The notes beneath the pieces are model-generated. The model searched no databases. It saw only the letters and a list, made by a program, of their open reading frames with translations, and was not told the DNA's origin. A stretch of DNA of 64,000 nt from Hydrolagus affinis. Taxonomy: Eukaryota. The translations under genes and the position numbers were made by a program. Below are positions 40,201 through 54,200 of the stretch, in pieces. The first letter of the stretch is position 1. The number at the start of each line of letters is the position of its first letter. Location: positions 124,001-188,000 of the forward strand of contig JAAILG010000009.1 of NCBI GenBank assembly GCA_012026655.1, given 5' to 3'.

Positions 40201-43200
40201 ACGGGACCGATCAGACAAACTCCTCAATGTGCAAAGAAGAGTTTAGTGGCTTGCGTTTCTCCAAGGACAACAAAACGTGGAATGCAGCTGAAAGGTAAAT
40301 ATGCTGAATTGTGTTTATACTAGATACTTCAGTATTCTGGATGGGTAAGATCAAATTGACCACAAAGACTGAGTTGCTACACTTTACAGTATGAAGTGCT
40401 TTGAGCTGTCCTTCTGATGGGAAATGTGCTGTATCAAATGTAAGAATTATTATTATGTTACTTCAGTTTAGGTGACTACACAGAAGTAATTTCTCAGTGG
40501 TTTTCAGTGATGGGTCAGACAGACTCGTAATGCAATCCTGTTACATTTGAATGAATGTTATTTTTCTTAGTATGTTTCTTAGTATGGAAATAAATGAGTG
40601 CAAAGTTGCTGTCATGGCCAACAGTTCTCCCCTGATAAAATTAGATGTTCATTTCATGGCTTCTTTGTGAGACAATGCTGTGTCTGAATTTGCTGCTGTA
40701 TTTGCCCCCAATGATAAGATACTCATAAATATAAACTATCATATAGTCACTGCACTTTATAGAAGTCCTGTGATAATTCCTTTCACCAATCTGTTCATTC
40801 TATGTGAAAGGCACAATATGAGTCCAAATATGAGTCCAAACTGCTGTTGTTGTAGGAGATCAGTGTTTGCCTGATCCTGTCCTCACTCAATGGCCACACG
40901 TGTATGTGGTCCAGCAGGGATCAAGGAAGTTGGAACCATCGCTAATATTTTTCCGACTCTCTCTCTGTGGACAATTATCCCAGGGATTACCTCAGCACAG
41001 ATCAGAAATCAAACATGGGGTCATCCTAGTCTATCAAACTTGGAGGCATATTGGGCAGAGTGTTTATTTCAGTCAAGCGTCAGGCCTGTCACTATATAGA
41101 GCGAACACTTTTTTTCGATCAAGAAGACGTTTTACCAACTTTTGTGGCTCCCGATTGTGGCTATTTTTGGTAGATGTGGACATGTTATCCCCATTACGGA
41201 TGATTCTGAATTCCTATGTCAAATAAGAAGGAATGAGAGTTATTTAAGGCCTATGGAAACAACTACAGAAATAGTGCTTGATTATTTTCAGTGCAGTCGG
41301 CATTACATTACCAATAGAGCAAGATACACTGGGAGCTCAAGAACACATATACTATACATATATAATTGCTGTGCACACATGTTGTTGAGACATCTCAAAG
41401 GGCTTCACAGAATATATTATAAAGTGGATTGACTGTATTTCGTGGGTGAAGCATGGCTGCCAATTGCACATAGCAGTGTCCCACAAATAGTTATACATTA
41501 AATTACCAAATTCATTTGCTATTTTTTGTTTATTTAAACTTTTTTTTAACTGAGCCCTGGCCTTCACTTTTGCAACACATGTTCTAATATCTTGCTGCAC
41601 CTGAAAGTAAGTTGCAGTGCAATAGCCTTTGGATTAGGAAGAAAGACATCAGGCCAGGATTCTGAATGCTAATTATTATCCAATGACCGGAGGGAAAATG
41701 TGTGCGCGTGTGAGGAAGTCTTGTGAAGATAGAATCAGTCTTGGCAGTGATGTTCTCCGCTCTCAAATATCCTGCTGGCACTCGTTGTCTGAACTGGGTT
41801 ATAACGAAACTTGGATGAGACTTCAGGAAAAGAAATAACGAGGATTTGTAACACATATTGGCAGCTTGCCAATGATGTTCTCGCCATCCTGAAGGTTTTT
41901 GGGCTGATGAATGCACTTGTTATACTTGATAAACCTCCAGAGTAGTGTTACAGTGGCATTCAGTATGGAGTTCAAGGAGTGTGTAACGAGCTGGTTTATT
42001 CTCCTCTCTAACATGCACCTTTCAGCGACAGTGTAGAGGTGGCAGCTAACTGTATGCTGAATACGGAGGCTGAGCACACATCAGCCCTTGTCACAACTCT
42101 TAGAAATATCTTCACAATCCCGTGTCCCCCAAAATAACACCCAGATTTAACCTATAAGATATTTTGCCTTGAAATTTAAGGTCATGCAGAATTGTAAACA
42201 ATTCTTAAGTTGGAAGCTAGCTTCTCTTTAGTGGTCAATGGCTTTGCAGACTATAGCTATATGGATTTTTTTGCTTAGTGTTTCTCAATAAAATATTAAA
42301 CAAACCCACCTCCAGATCTGTGAAAATGAATGAGAAGCATTTAAATATTCCTGCTGGGGAATGTGATTAAATGTTCCTAAAGAGACTGTCAGATCTAAAG
42401 ACAGGGCTCACTCCAAATGCAGAATTCCTTTATTCACAAAGCAGTTCAACAACTTGCATTTATGTAAGTGACCTTTACAAGCGCTCTGCAGTGTTTCGGA
42501 GCGCTTAGATTACTGCTAATGATCTCTCTGTCTCTGAAAAACATTCTTTCTTGTTAGCACTCTCTTTCTGTGCAATAGGACAGGGGAACAGAACCTTCTT
42601 TTACACTGACCTCTGAGTCTTAATAGCTCACAAGCTGCATAAAAAGCAAAATGTGACAATGGCTTTATTTTACTTTAGGCCAAATTCCTTCTGCTGCTGA
42701 TGATCTTATCATTGGCCAGTGATAGATGGTGAGCTCTCGCAGTGCAGCCTGTTGATTTTAACTAGTGTGCTGCTGTATTGCTTTATTTGTCTTGCAATGG
42801 TTCCTGATCCTCCGTACCAACGGGTGAAGATATGATGCCCTTTCACTTGATAAGCTTCGAACTCAACCATCTCTCATCAATCAGTCTCCTACAGTTTTAC
42901 CTGGAGTTGGTCAGACGCAATACAATTTTATATTTGTATAGCGCATTTCTTGTCAGGAGTACATCCCAAGATGCTTTACATTCCTGGCTTGGCACGTGTG
43001 CTGGGAGTGGGAGGGGTATGAATTGGAGAACGGTGACTAAAAGCATGGTTAAAGACGACAATACAATGCTTGTTTTTTCTCCTCCCAGATTCCAGTCCAG
43101 AACTCAGAGGCCAGTCAGATAATCCCATTTTGTTGGGACAAGGAGCTGAAGTTGTCTTGCCAACAGGTGACTTTCCCTTATCAGAACATAACCAGAAGAG

Positions 43201-45247
43201 GTTTTCTTTGCGATTGCTGGATTTCAAGAACGATCTTCTCCATTCAAAAGTTGGTTGTTTGCCAGGTAAATCACCAGCTTTCAGTTCCGAGCAACACACA
43301 AATATGAATTCTCCCATCTGTCAACGTCAATCAGCAGAATAATGTGTGGCATGGAGAGTTAAAGGGATAATGTGCTAGGAATGTCTGGCTAGTAAGTGAG
43401 ACATTGCCAGTCTCAATACCTCTTTCATTCTCTATCATTTCAGATCCACCAGAACGTGTTATTTGGCAAATATAGCCCAATATTAGCAGATAGAATGTAT
43501 TGATTGAGAAAATATTACAGTGCAATAAAATTTCATTTCAAATAACAGCTGTTTTTTTTGCCGGCTGGGTGTCTGACACATGCAGAAACCCCATCACTAT
43601 GTTTAACAGTATCCAAACCAAACTGAGAATTCCATGCATCTCACTTATACATGGAAATTCCACAGATAGGTTGTTGGAATGGAATGTGCACTCTCTCCCT
43701 GGAGAGAATTTGTACAATCGATTGTTTAATTACATTTTGTGCGGCTTTATAAACTGTGAGTCCTTTTTCTTTTTAAAAAAAACTTTGTTGTGGTGGAAGG
43801 ATTTTAAGAGAACAATACGGTATCTATAATACGTTAGCAAAATTTCCCAAAAGTCCAACAAAAACTCAAAAAAGCAGAGCAACCTTCGAGTTCATGATTT
43901 TTAACCATTTTTCTCTTTCAGCGAACATGGAACAAAACAGAAATCACAGTTAGTTCAATGCAACAACAACAATAAAATTACATTTATAGAGCGCCTTTCA
44001 CGTCAGGAGGATGTCCCAATAGCCTCCAGTTTGCAAAGTATGACGCTGACCCCTATTAAATGCATCAAGTTTACAGTTTTGTATTCAGTTAATCGGTTAA
44101 TCAGTGCAGTGTACACTTCCCTTCACTCTCTGGTACCTCCCAACCTGTCCGACCTCCTCATTCCCCAGTCCACAGGGCCTCCGCTCAACCAGTACTGGTC
44201 TCCTGCTCAATCCTCGCTCCCTTCATCGTGCTTTATAATAATAAAATAATAATAATACTTACATTTATATAGTGCTTTCCACATCTTATCGATGTCTCAA
44301 AGCGCTTCACAGAATACAACAACATCCCAAAGGTAGGGACCAGAGCAGTGGGGGAGGGATCGGGGTAGGGAGAAGGAGTGTAGGACAATTGACTGTATAT
44401 TTGTGGGAGATACACGGCAGCCAAATTGCATATAGCAGTATCCCACAAACAGTCATGGAAGTGACTTTCAGCTTTCAGCCACTACTCCCTGAGTCAGGCT
44501 CATATTAGATGGTCCTGACTGGAGGAGCGGTCAGATATCAGGAAGTTTCTGACTCATGCACTGTTCATAAATATTTCCCATAGAGTGCCATTGAAAGAGC
44601 CAATGGTAATCATGGCGTGAGATGGATGAATAGAGCACAATGAGCTAACTGAATGGTATTTTTTTATTACTTAATCTTTTCAGGAAGCAGGGATAAGGCA
44701 GGGAGAGCCGTGTTGCAAGTCTGCACCAACAATAGAGTGTGGCAGAAGCCAACCTTCACCATCGCTGACCTCACCAGGTTGTTTCTGTATTTCCACAGTG
44801 TTCCCAGGTGAGACACATTCACCATATTGATCCTCATTGTATCAATATTCAGAGTATTGACTCCCACTCTTACCTGCATTGAGAACGGAAAGGCATTACT
44901 CGCTTGCAGGGAGCAAACCGATTTGTCATCACATGTTGTTACATTATGCATTTTGCCCACAAATATAGTCGGCTTTCCTGCTCTCCTTCCCCCTACCCCT
45001 CCCCTTGCCATCTTTCCCCCCTTTTTCCCCTAATCCCGCTTTCATGACTGTTTGTGGGACACTGCTGTGCGCAATTTGGCTGCCGCGTTTCGCCCACAAA
45101 TATACAGTCAATTTTCCTACCCTTCATCATCCTGCCCCAACCCCTCCCCCACTGCTTTTGTCCCTACCTAACTGTACAGCGTCTTGGGACGTCCTCTCGA
45201 CGTGAAAGGCGCTATATAAATGTAAGTTTTGATTGATTGATTGATTA

Positions 45248-45285
<38 letters not shown>

Positions 45286-48200
45286 AATCCCTCCATTCTG
45301 CCATGTCACATCAAAAAAAACATTTCACAGAGGTTTCTGTAAAGTATTGTGACAGCATACAGTCAAACCTGTCAGAGTGGCCTCTGATTAAGGGTTCAAT
45401 GGTTTGTAAATGCACATTACAGGGGGTGTTCTGGTGTGGTTGGTAACAGGAGTGGGGTTGCTGAATTTTGGTGGTTGCTTGAACAGCTTTGACTGCATTT
45501 GCAGGTTAACCAATTTGAACACAGCAATGTCCCATAAACAGCCATGAAGTTAGTGATTCATTGTTTTGTCCAAAGCAGTGTTGGCCAGGACACCAGGATA
45601 AAACACCTTTCTCTTTTCATATAGTACCAGGGGATCTTTAACATCCTGGGTTTAACATCAAGGGATATGAGGAATGACAACTCCAATATTGCATTAGAGT
45701 ATCAGCCTGGACTGCAAGTCTCACAAGTCCTGTGGTGGGGCTTGAACTCCCAATTTTTTGATACCGAGACAATAATATCTTTTGAAAAAAAAAGTAATAC
45801 TGATCCTCTTTAGTTAAGAATCGCTAATACATTTAAGAAATCATGATGGTAGCTGAGGTTAATTTATTATTGAAGCAAAATTGCTGACTCTGCTGATTTG
45901 GCTGTCTTGATCAGACCAATCTGCAAAGCTTTTAGCAACGAGCTTTGAGCATGCCTTCGATTTCTGTGTGAAATACCTCAGCGTTATTCAAGAAACTCAA
46001 CAAAGCTTGGAACTGATGCAAGTTTGCACTTGCACTATTGACTTAGGCTCAATGTTTTCACAGGCTTGGATCTGGATGTGAAATGAATTGATTGAGGTCA
46101 GGTTAGGGTGGAAACACCAACTTGTACTCATTCCTGGCACAGAGCATTAGTTTTGTTTCTTACATCCAATTCTTAACAAATTCCACACAAAGTAAAAGCA
46201 CAGTTGAATTTTCTCAAGGCAAATCATTTAAATTGCGCTGTCACTGGTCAGAAGCCTGAGAAGTGCTTTGTTCTGTAGCTTTTGACACAAAGTTGGGTGT
46301 CTCTCAAATGCGGAAACCCATCACTATGTTTAAGTGTATCCACACCAAGTTGAGAATTCCATGCCTCCCATCTACACATGGAAATTCCGGAGATACATTG
46401 CGTTGCCTTTTGATACACTTTCCAAAATTCCTGTAATCTCTTACAAGAACATACCGATGTTTACTATGTTTGACAAAGCTGACTATTTAATGCTGACCTC
46501 TACTGGTGATAAGAAGCACAAATTATATTATGATTAAAGAAACATAGCATGAGGTAGATGCATAGCTGATATGCAGTGAACTTGTGTGAAACTGCTTTTT
46601 CCAGTAGAATCAATGTGAGCTCAGCAATTGCGCTCTGTGTTCTGAATCAATGCAAAATAATAATAATCTTTACATTTGGTATAGTGCCATTCACATTGGA
46701 AGAACACCTCAAAACACTTTGTAAGATATACAGTAAAATGCAGTGAATGTGTGTTTTGTGGGCGAACCAGTGCTTTACAATAAAGAAGCAGATAGCGATA
46801 TAGGGTAGTTCACCAGGCTACACTGGGAATGCATTGTTTGATTTTCATTGTGCATCTTTCTTATCGCAGGAAGGAGGTTAGAGAGCTGGGGCTGACGATT
46901 GTGTTAGATGCCAGAAGATGCCCACCTCCTCTCGCACTTTTTAAGGCTTTTGGGTCAATGCAGGTGAGAATTGTTACATATAAAATCAGGTATGGATTGT
47001 GTGTGTAAGGGAAATAGAATTCCACCCAGGTCTAGATTTGCTGTACTGAAGAACGATCTGAATTTGGTACATTATTCAACTCAGTTTTAACTTTTGGGCC
47101 TGTTTTGTATACAGTAGTCATTATTATAATAAATATATATTGTACAGATTTGTTATTTATCTGTTTGAACTACTTTGATGTTTCATTCTGCAGGAATCTG
47201 TTCCTCACTCCATTCACTGTGTCCTAATACTAGTAGATAAAGAGGCAGCTTTTAAGATGGAGAAATATCCTGGGACAGGGGTAAGTGTTTACGTTTTAAC
47301 TTTTTAGACAAATAGATTAAATCAAGAAGTGAATTTGACTTTCCCTGTAACAATGGTTGAACTAAAAATAAAATTGCACCAATTGAATAAATATTTTCAG
47401 TGCTGTAATTCAGCGGTTAGACCTCAACAAAAAAATAATAGGCCTCAACAAAAAAATAATAAATTGGTCATTTCAATCTATGGCTGTTTGTGGGACACTG
47501 CTATGTGCAATTGGCTGCTGCATTTTGCCCACAAATATATAGACAATTTACCTTTACAGTATTTTCTGTGAAGTGCTTTGAGACATCTTGAAGATGTGAA
47601 AAGCACAATATCAAATACATTCCCTGATTATTATTATTAAACCTCACTATCTTCTCCCAATCCTGTTTGTGTCTCCTTCGCACTTTCCTCTGCCTTCCCT
47701 CACACATTTTGAGGTCGAAATGCTTGGATTCCTATAGGATGCCTACTACTGGAGTGATAGAATCATACCTAACTCTTGTGTTATTAATAATAGTTTAAAC
47801 AATACAATACAAAATTACACTTTCACACCATTAAAAAAAACACAGTTAAAACTCTCACATAACCTACTAACTAGTGAATTGTAAAGTAGTTATGTCTGAT
47901 GTATTTGGGAGAGTCTGACCTATATTGTTTTTTACATTCAGATGGAGGTTTTGACATCCTTGAAAGCCCTGCACAAGTTCATTGAAAGCAATCATCTGAC
48001 AGAGGACCTGGAGGGGACATTTCCTTACTGCCACTCTGACTGGACTCAGTTTCGTGCGGTGAGTACACTTTCAGCCCACTGTACTTAGTCAGTTTAATAG
48101 ATTGGAGTGATCCTCTGGCACTTACATTTACTGCACCTATTACCACATGAATTTATAATGGTAAATTCCAGTATCCAGCATTAAAGTGCGCCACTGTCAA

Positions 48201-51200
48201 TTATCTGTCGTTTAATGTTGAAGTTCTAAATGCTTGGATACCCTAGTAGATATCCTAAATAGCATTGAAGTAAATTGTAAATTGTCTGATGTGCGAAGCA
48301 CTGTGGAATACTACCCTGCATGAGATGTGTTATATAAATCTAAATTGTTGTTATGTTTATTTTGTGTGCGAGAGGAAATTGAAAGGAGAGACCAAAAAAA
48401 TACTCCTTGACTTTTGAGCAACCTGGTTAGGGTCTGAAATTGCTATTAGTTTCAGAACATCTGTTTATCGTAAAAAATATGATTAAATTTTCAGTAATAA
48501 TCTATAAATTACAGATCATATACTCCCCCATTGATATAATCCAGGCTCTGAAATAACTTTGCTCCCCATGATTTACAATTATTTTGCAGTGGAAATTCCC
48601 AGGCGCGAATCATTGCACTGATTGTATACTGTGGGACTATGCTATGATCCAGTTCTTATCCCCGAAATTCACAATCCTACTGAGAGGCCTAAATATTCCC
48701 TTGTATCTCTGAGTGAATAACAAAAACGACATCTCTGCGATACTGCATTTCTGCCACAAGGTGACAGGCTTGTGCTGTGTACCATTTCACATGGTTGTGA
48801 AAGGAGATTGTGAAAACCGCTTCATTTATACAGAGCTATCTAAGTCTCACTTGAGTTGCTAGACAAATAAATTGGCCCCATCACCATCAACATGGCTTAC
48901 CCTCCTCTCAAATATTGGCCCCGATGGTTTTAGCTGCTGCCAAGCTTTCAGGACACATGGTGAGGTTGTACAATAGCAAGAGTGTGAAAATGGGTTGCTC
49001 AGCTGCCCGCTCTTCCTGTGTGCTGGGGCATTTTTATATTTGTAGCACGTTTGTTTGCTTCGGAAAGTCTTTCCCTTTAACACAACGTTCCTTTTAAATC
49101 TTCTTTGAAATATACTGAATAGTGCATGATGTAACTTCCACTACAGCTCGTATTTCAGACCATGAATAATTGGTACTTGTCCAGCCAGGGACCTTCTACC
49201 GCTTAAGAATTTGGCTTGCAGACATCCCTCCACTTGAAGGTCTATCTTTGATATACTACAAATCTTCGCAGCTTTACTTATTCCGGGAAAAGTCGCTCAT
49301 TTTGAAAGGGTGGAGGGTTCACAGACCAAACCTTGCAATCCTGATTGTGGAGCTTTGAATTCCTCCCGGTCTCAACCTGCAGAATCATTTTGCCTTTAAT
49401 TTTAAAATTGCACAAAAATGTAGAAACATCTTAAAATTTAGATCTGGTTACTCTTAAGAACCTTCAGAAAAAACTCTTTCTTCCCAATTAAATTTTTAAA
49501 AGATTTTTTGTCAGATTTATTTGGCACATCTTAAACATTAAGGCAAAAAGCTCTTAAGGCTAAGACCAGTTTGAAATGGGGCCTATTTTGGCACTCAAAT
49601 GACTGTGTCTCAGAATGCTTTTCCGGAGAAAGTAGTGTCTGAGCATTTTCTGGGTTTGAACCACATCCATCGCAACTTCAAGAACAAAAATAAATCAATC
49701 TGAAAGGCACAGAGCTGGCAGGGCTTCTCTTCCCATGCAGCACTAAGCCGAAGGAACAGAATATTGGCACCAATGCAAAAGCCATTCATTGAGTATTCCA
49801 TGCATGATAAAGAGTGCACAATTTCACTGGTTTACAGACTGATTTCAGTCAAGAGATTCTCAGTTTTTATTTATATATTACCTTTCATGTTTGAGTGACA
49901 TCTCAAAGTCCTTCACAGGGTATCCTATAAAGTATAGTATGGGCCGAATGGCCTCCTTTTGTGCCGTAAGATTCTATGATTCTATGATAGTGTCTGTGTA
50001 CTTTGCAGGCAAATTTGGCAGCCAATGTGTACACAGGAATGTTTCACAAGCACTCCTGAAGTTTGGGGTATTGTTGGCCAGGACAATGGGAGAAACTCCA
50101 TAGTGCCATGAGATCTGCCACGAGACATCTAGAAGACATGAAAAGTGCTGTGTCAAATGCAAGGACTTTTATTATTATCAACTGTAACTCCCACCTGAAT
50201 AGACCAACTGAACCATGATTTATGGTCTCATCGAAAGGATGGCACCTCTAACAAGTCTGTACTGCATTAGAGTGGTGGCCTAGACTAGTTCAAAGTCCCA
50301 ACTTGTGGCTTGAACTCACAACCTTCCAACTGGCGAGAATGCTCTGAACTGAACCAAAGTTACAATGGTTAAATTATGTGTTAGCTTCTCATACCTATGG
50401 TGCAATTTGTGCAAAGATGCCAAACCAATTATTCATGACTGTTGCATTGAGTAATATTTGCAAAGAATGTTTGTTAAATACAGTCTGTGTGATTTAATTT
50501 TCAGAAATTGGAGCTTTTCATTAGAAACTGCAGAGATGCTTCTGGCCTACTTCTGGAGACCATCAGAACATTTGAATCCACTAAACCTGGTATCAGTGTG
50601 CAGGTAAAGATCAACCAAGGATGAAGGAGAGAACAAAGAAAGTGGAATAATCTTCAACGACTTATTTTTAGTGTCCAGTTTTTTGCAAACATTTTAAAAT
50701 TCATTTTTTCCCACTGTTCTCAAAAAGAATCAGGTTCCAAATTAAGACTTAATTTAACGAATTTGCATGTTCATAATAATAATCGTTACATTTTACGTGG
50801 TGCCTTTCCTATCGGGAAGATATCTTGGAGCATTTCACATTCACAGCTCTACTGTGTATTTTGTAGAAGATAATGGTGGGATGGATAAACTGTTTGCATC
50901 TGTACTGGGAGGACCGATGAACAATAGATAGATTGGTTCAAAATTGCACCAGGCTGCTTTACTAGATTTTGTGTGTAGTGGTTTCCCTTTTGGAGGTGAA
51001 AGTTCTTTGTTTCTTTGTTTGACAGGCAGTCCTTCACTGCATCAATAACCACAAAATGATGATGAGACAAGTCCTACAAGATACCCGCTTGGTTGGTTTG
51101 CAGTTGCAAGGTGGAGCAATCCTGTCTCGAATGAAAAGAGAAGAAACTCGGTTTGCCTTCTCTGAGGACTACAGGTGCAAACATATTTGGTGGTGGTGGG

Positions 51201-54200
51201 GTGGGGGAGCGGGGGTCAGCCGGGTTTCAAAAAATTTCCCTGTGCCATGGAATGGAATTCACACTCTCTGTGTGGACGCCTTGCTTATTTTCGACACTTA
51301 TTAGGTACACATTGGAGAAATCCCAAATTTGGTTACGGCAGAGTGTGTTTTGGGGTATCGACCCAGAGTTTAACCAGCTAAAACCCTATAGCTAACATTG
51401 AGAGCGAGATTCCCCTACTACTTGTCTAGCCCCACCAGGTGGTGTGTCTCAGTATTATAATTCAAAGGTGTCGATGCATTGCCTGCAAGTGTGGTGGAAG
51501 CCAATTCGACAACAACTTTTAAGGACAAGTTTGAAGGCTATGGGGAGGGAGTTGGGGAGGGAGATTGATTTGGACAGCTTCTTTTCAAAGAGTCGGCACA
51601 GACACAATGGTCCAAATAGCCTCCTTCCTCGCTGTATAATTGTATGATTTTATGTGAAAGTTACATTGATATAGAATTTGCACATAATACCTGTACTTGG
51701 ATTCTGAATAAATGTGTAACACTACACATTCTTCCTTCACAGGGACGCGATGGATTCAGTCACATCTCTTTACAACCAGGTTGAGGAGAGTGTCCATACA
51801 CTGGTGACAAAGTCCAATTGGTGTTTGCAGCATTTAGAGTTCTTAAAGGTTCTGAGGACGCTAGAGGAAAAAATCCAACAGGTATGACATTAGTTATTCT
51901 TCTCTACTGTGGAAAATGTGACTGTACTTTCCTGTTTATTCTTGGCGATACAACAAAAATATTGCTACAGTAGTATCAAATCTCCCAATAATGTAGTTGA
52001 TTAATCCAAATAGATTGAAGTCTTGACGGCAATAGTGGTTTTTCTAAGGGTCATTTTGCTGCCAGAAATGCAACTGCAGCAAGGTTCACATTTCTCTGGT
52101 GTGAATTTGGGGCTCAGAAACTGATAAATACTGGTCAGGGAACTCAATTGACTGACAACGTTTCTCTCAAGAGCCATAAAAGTATTTTTTTTATGAATTG
52201 CTGTGAAAAAACAATAACAATAATAAATATGATAAGCCTTGTATTTGATAAAGTGCCCTTATCACGTCTTCAAGACATATCACTTTCACAGTGACTGCAC
52301 CTTATTAATCCAAATTGTGCTGCTGTTGCATTAAATTGTCTTTCAAGTCAACCCATAATAATGTTAAATGATACTATTGCTCATTATCAATTCATACATT
52401 ATTAAAATCAGAAGCAAAGTGCATGTATAATGATTAAAATGTACTCAATTTAATTGTGACTTTGACATTAAATTTGATAACTAGACAATTCTTTCTTCAT
52501 CATTTCCTTCATTTGCTGTGCAGCTCAATGACTGGATACTTTCTGAAGGTGAATCCTGTGTGAAGGACTCTGACTCCAATGAGGATTCTCTCGATGCCAT
52601 ACAACAAACACAACAAAGATTCAGTGACATCTTTCCACTGGTCATGGTAAGCCATCTCTTATCATTTATTGGGTAATTATCACATCTTTCATTTTGCCCA
52701 CAAATATACAGTCAATTCACTTTAGAGTATATTCTGTGAAGCGCTTTGAGACGTTGCTAAGATGTGAAAAGCGCTATATCAAATGCAAGGATTTTTTTTA
52801 TTATTATCTCCCCTCAAGGTCATGAACAAATTGAGGAGAAATCTACCTAAATTTAGATTTACTTATTTTTTAAACAAATTTTTAGTGTCCAGAAAATTGC
52901 ACATTGATGAATTCAATCTTAATATGAAGATGGTTTTTGTAATTTCCTAAAAGTAAACTTCAACATTAACAACTTCTATTCATAAAGCGCATCTTATGCA
53001 GGGTAGGCAGTGGGGTGGGGGGGGCGGGGTGGTGCCATAGGCATAGTCCAAGAGAGGGTCTCCAGAAATGGGGCTGAAAAATGGGGAAGGAATAGCAGAT
53101 GAAGGGATAGAGGAAGAGTGTTCCAGAGTTTCGGGGTGTAGTAGCTGAAAGCCCCCATTCCGTTAATTTAAGGTTGGATTTAAGGAATTGCCAAATTCCG
53201 GATGCTCTGAAATGCCAAGAAAATAGAACAAATCTCGGCTCAGGTTAAATTTCAACCCACATGAGCTATTCTTATGCTATTTTGCTGCACTGTTGTTTCT
53301 CAACCCTACTTCATTTTCATCTGTTAGGTCACACACCCTTATCTTTCTTCTGATCTAAACCTGGTTTATTCTGTCTGTTGAATGCACCAGTATGTGGTTT
53401 ACTTCTTTTTAACCTCATCACCATTCAAACTGCAGAATAAATACTACAAGGGCTCAGAGCTGCTCCGAGAAGCTGATGAATTGGGTGGTTCATCGTATCC
53501 TGAGTTTGCAGCCTTCAGTGAAATGGTGGAAACCTTCAAAGTGCGCAGGAACAGTCTTCACACAAGAGTAAAGAGACGTCAAGAGGAGTTGGAGGTCCTG
53601 GTTCATCTGTACGCCTTCTGTGATCAGGTCTGTACCCAGGGACAAGTGTTCAGCAGAAGCTTATGCTGCTTTTATACCAAAGAAGTGATTGATCAGAGAT
53701 TCAGTATCAGAGATGCCGATTAAATAAAAACACGAGTGTTGCTGGCCACCTCACCAGTGCTCAGGGAAACCTAAGGAGGCTTCTCTGCAGATGGAGTGAG
53801 TTAATACACAAAGTTGCTTTCAGCTGTGCTGAACCAATTAATGTTTTTAGAGCATTGAAGACGCAGGACTGCGACTGTCTCTATGATAAGAAGTTTTTTG
53901 TTCTGCAAATGACTGGCTGGGGCACTATTATCCCCCAGTCACACTCAGCTCATCTGTTTCTCTGCGTGTATGTTCATTCCCAGGTGTTAATCCTTGCATT
54001 GGAGATGTTGTTGACTGCTGGCTGGTATACAACCAACATGCTGTCTACACACAAAGAAATGAAAGCCAGAAATTCTACCCGCTGCAAATGTAATGACTTT
54101 TGACTATGTGGGATAACATGGACTGTGCATTTGCATTTGTCTTAGCTTTTACTGCCAGCCTCGCTCCCTTTGGCAGCATGATTATAGTAACGCACATTAA

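Noticed and set aside
45127-45309. ORF with (NQSI)n repeat
   Set aside because: Translation of the (GATT)n microsatellite
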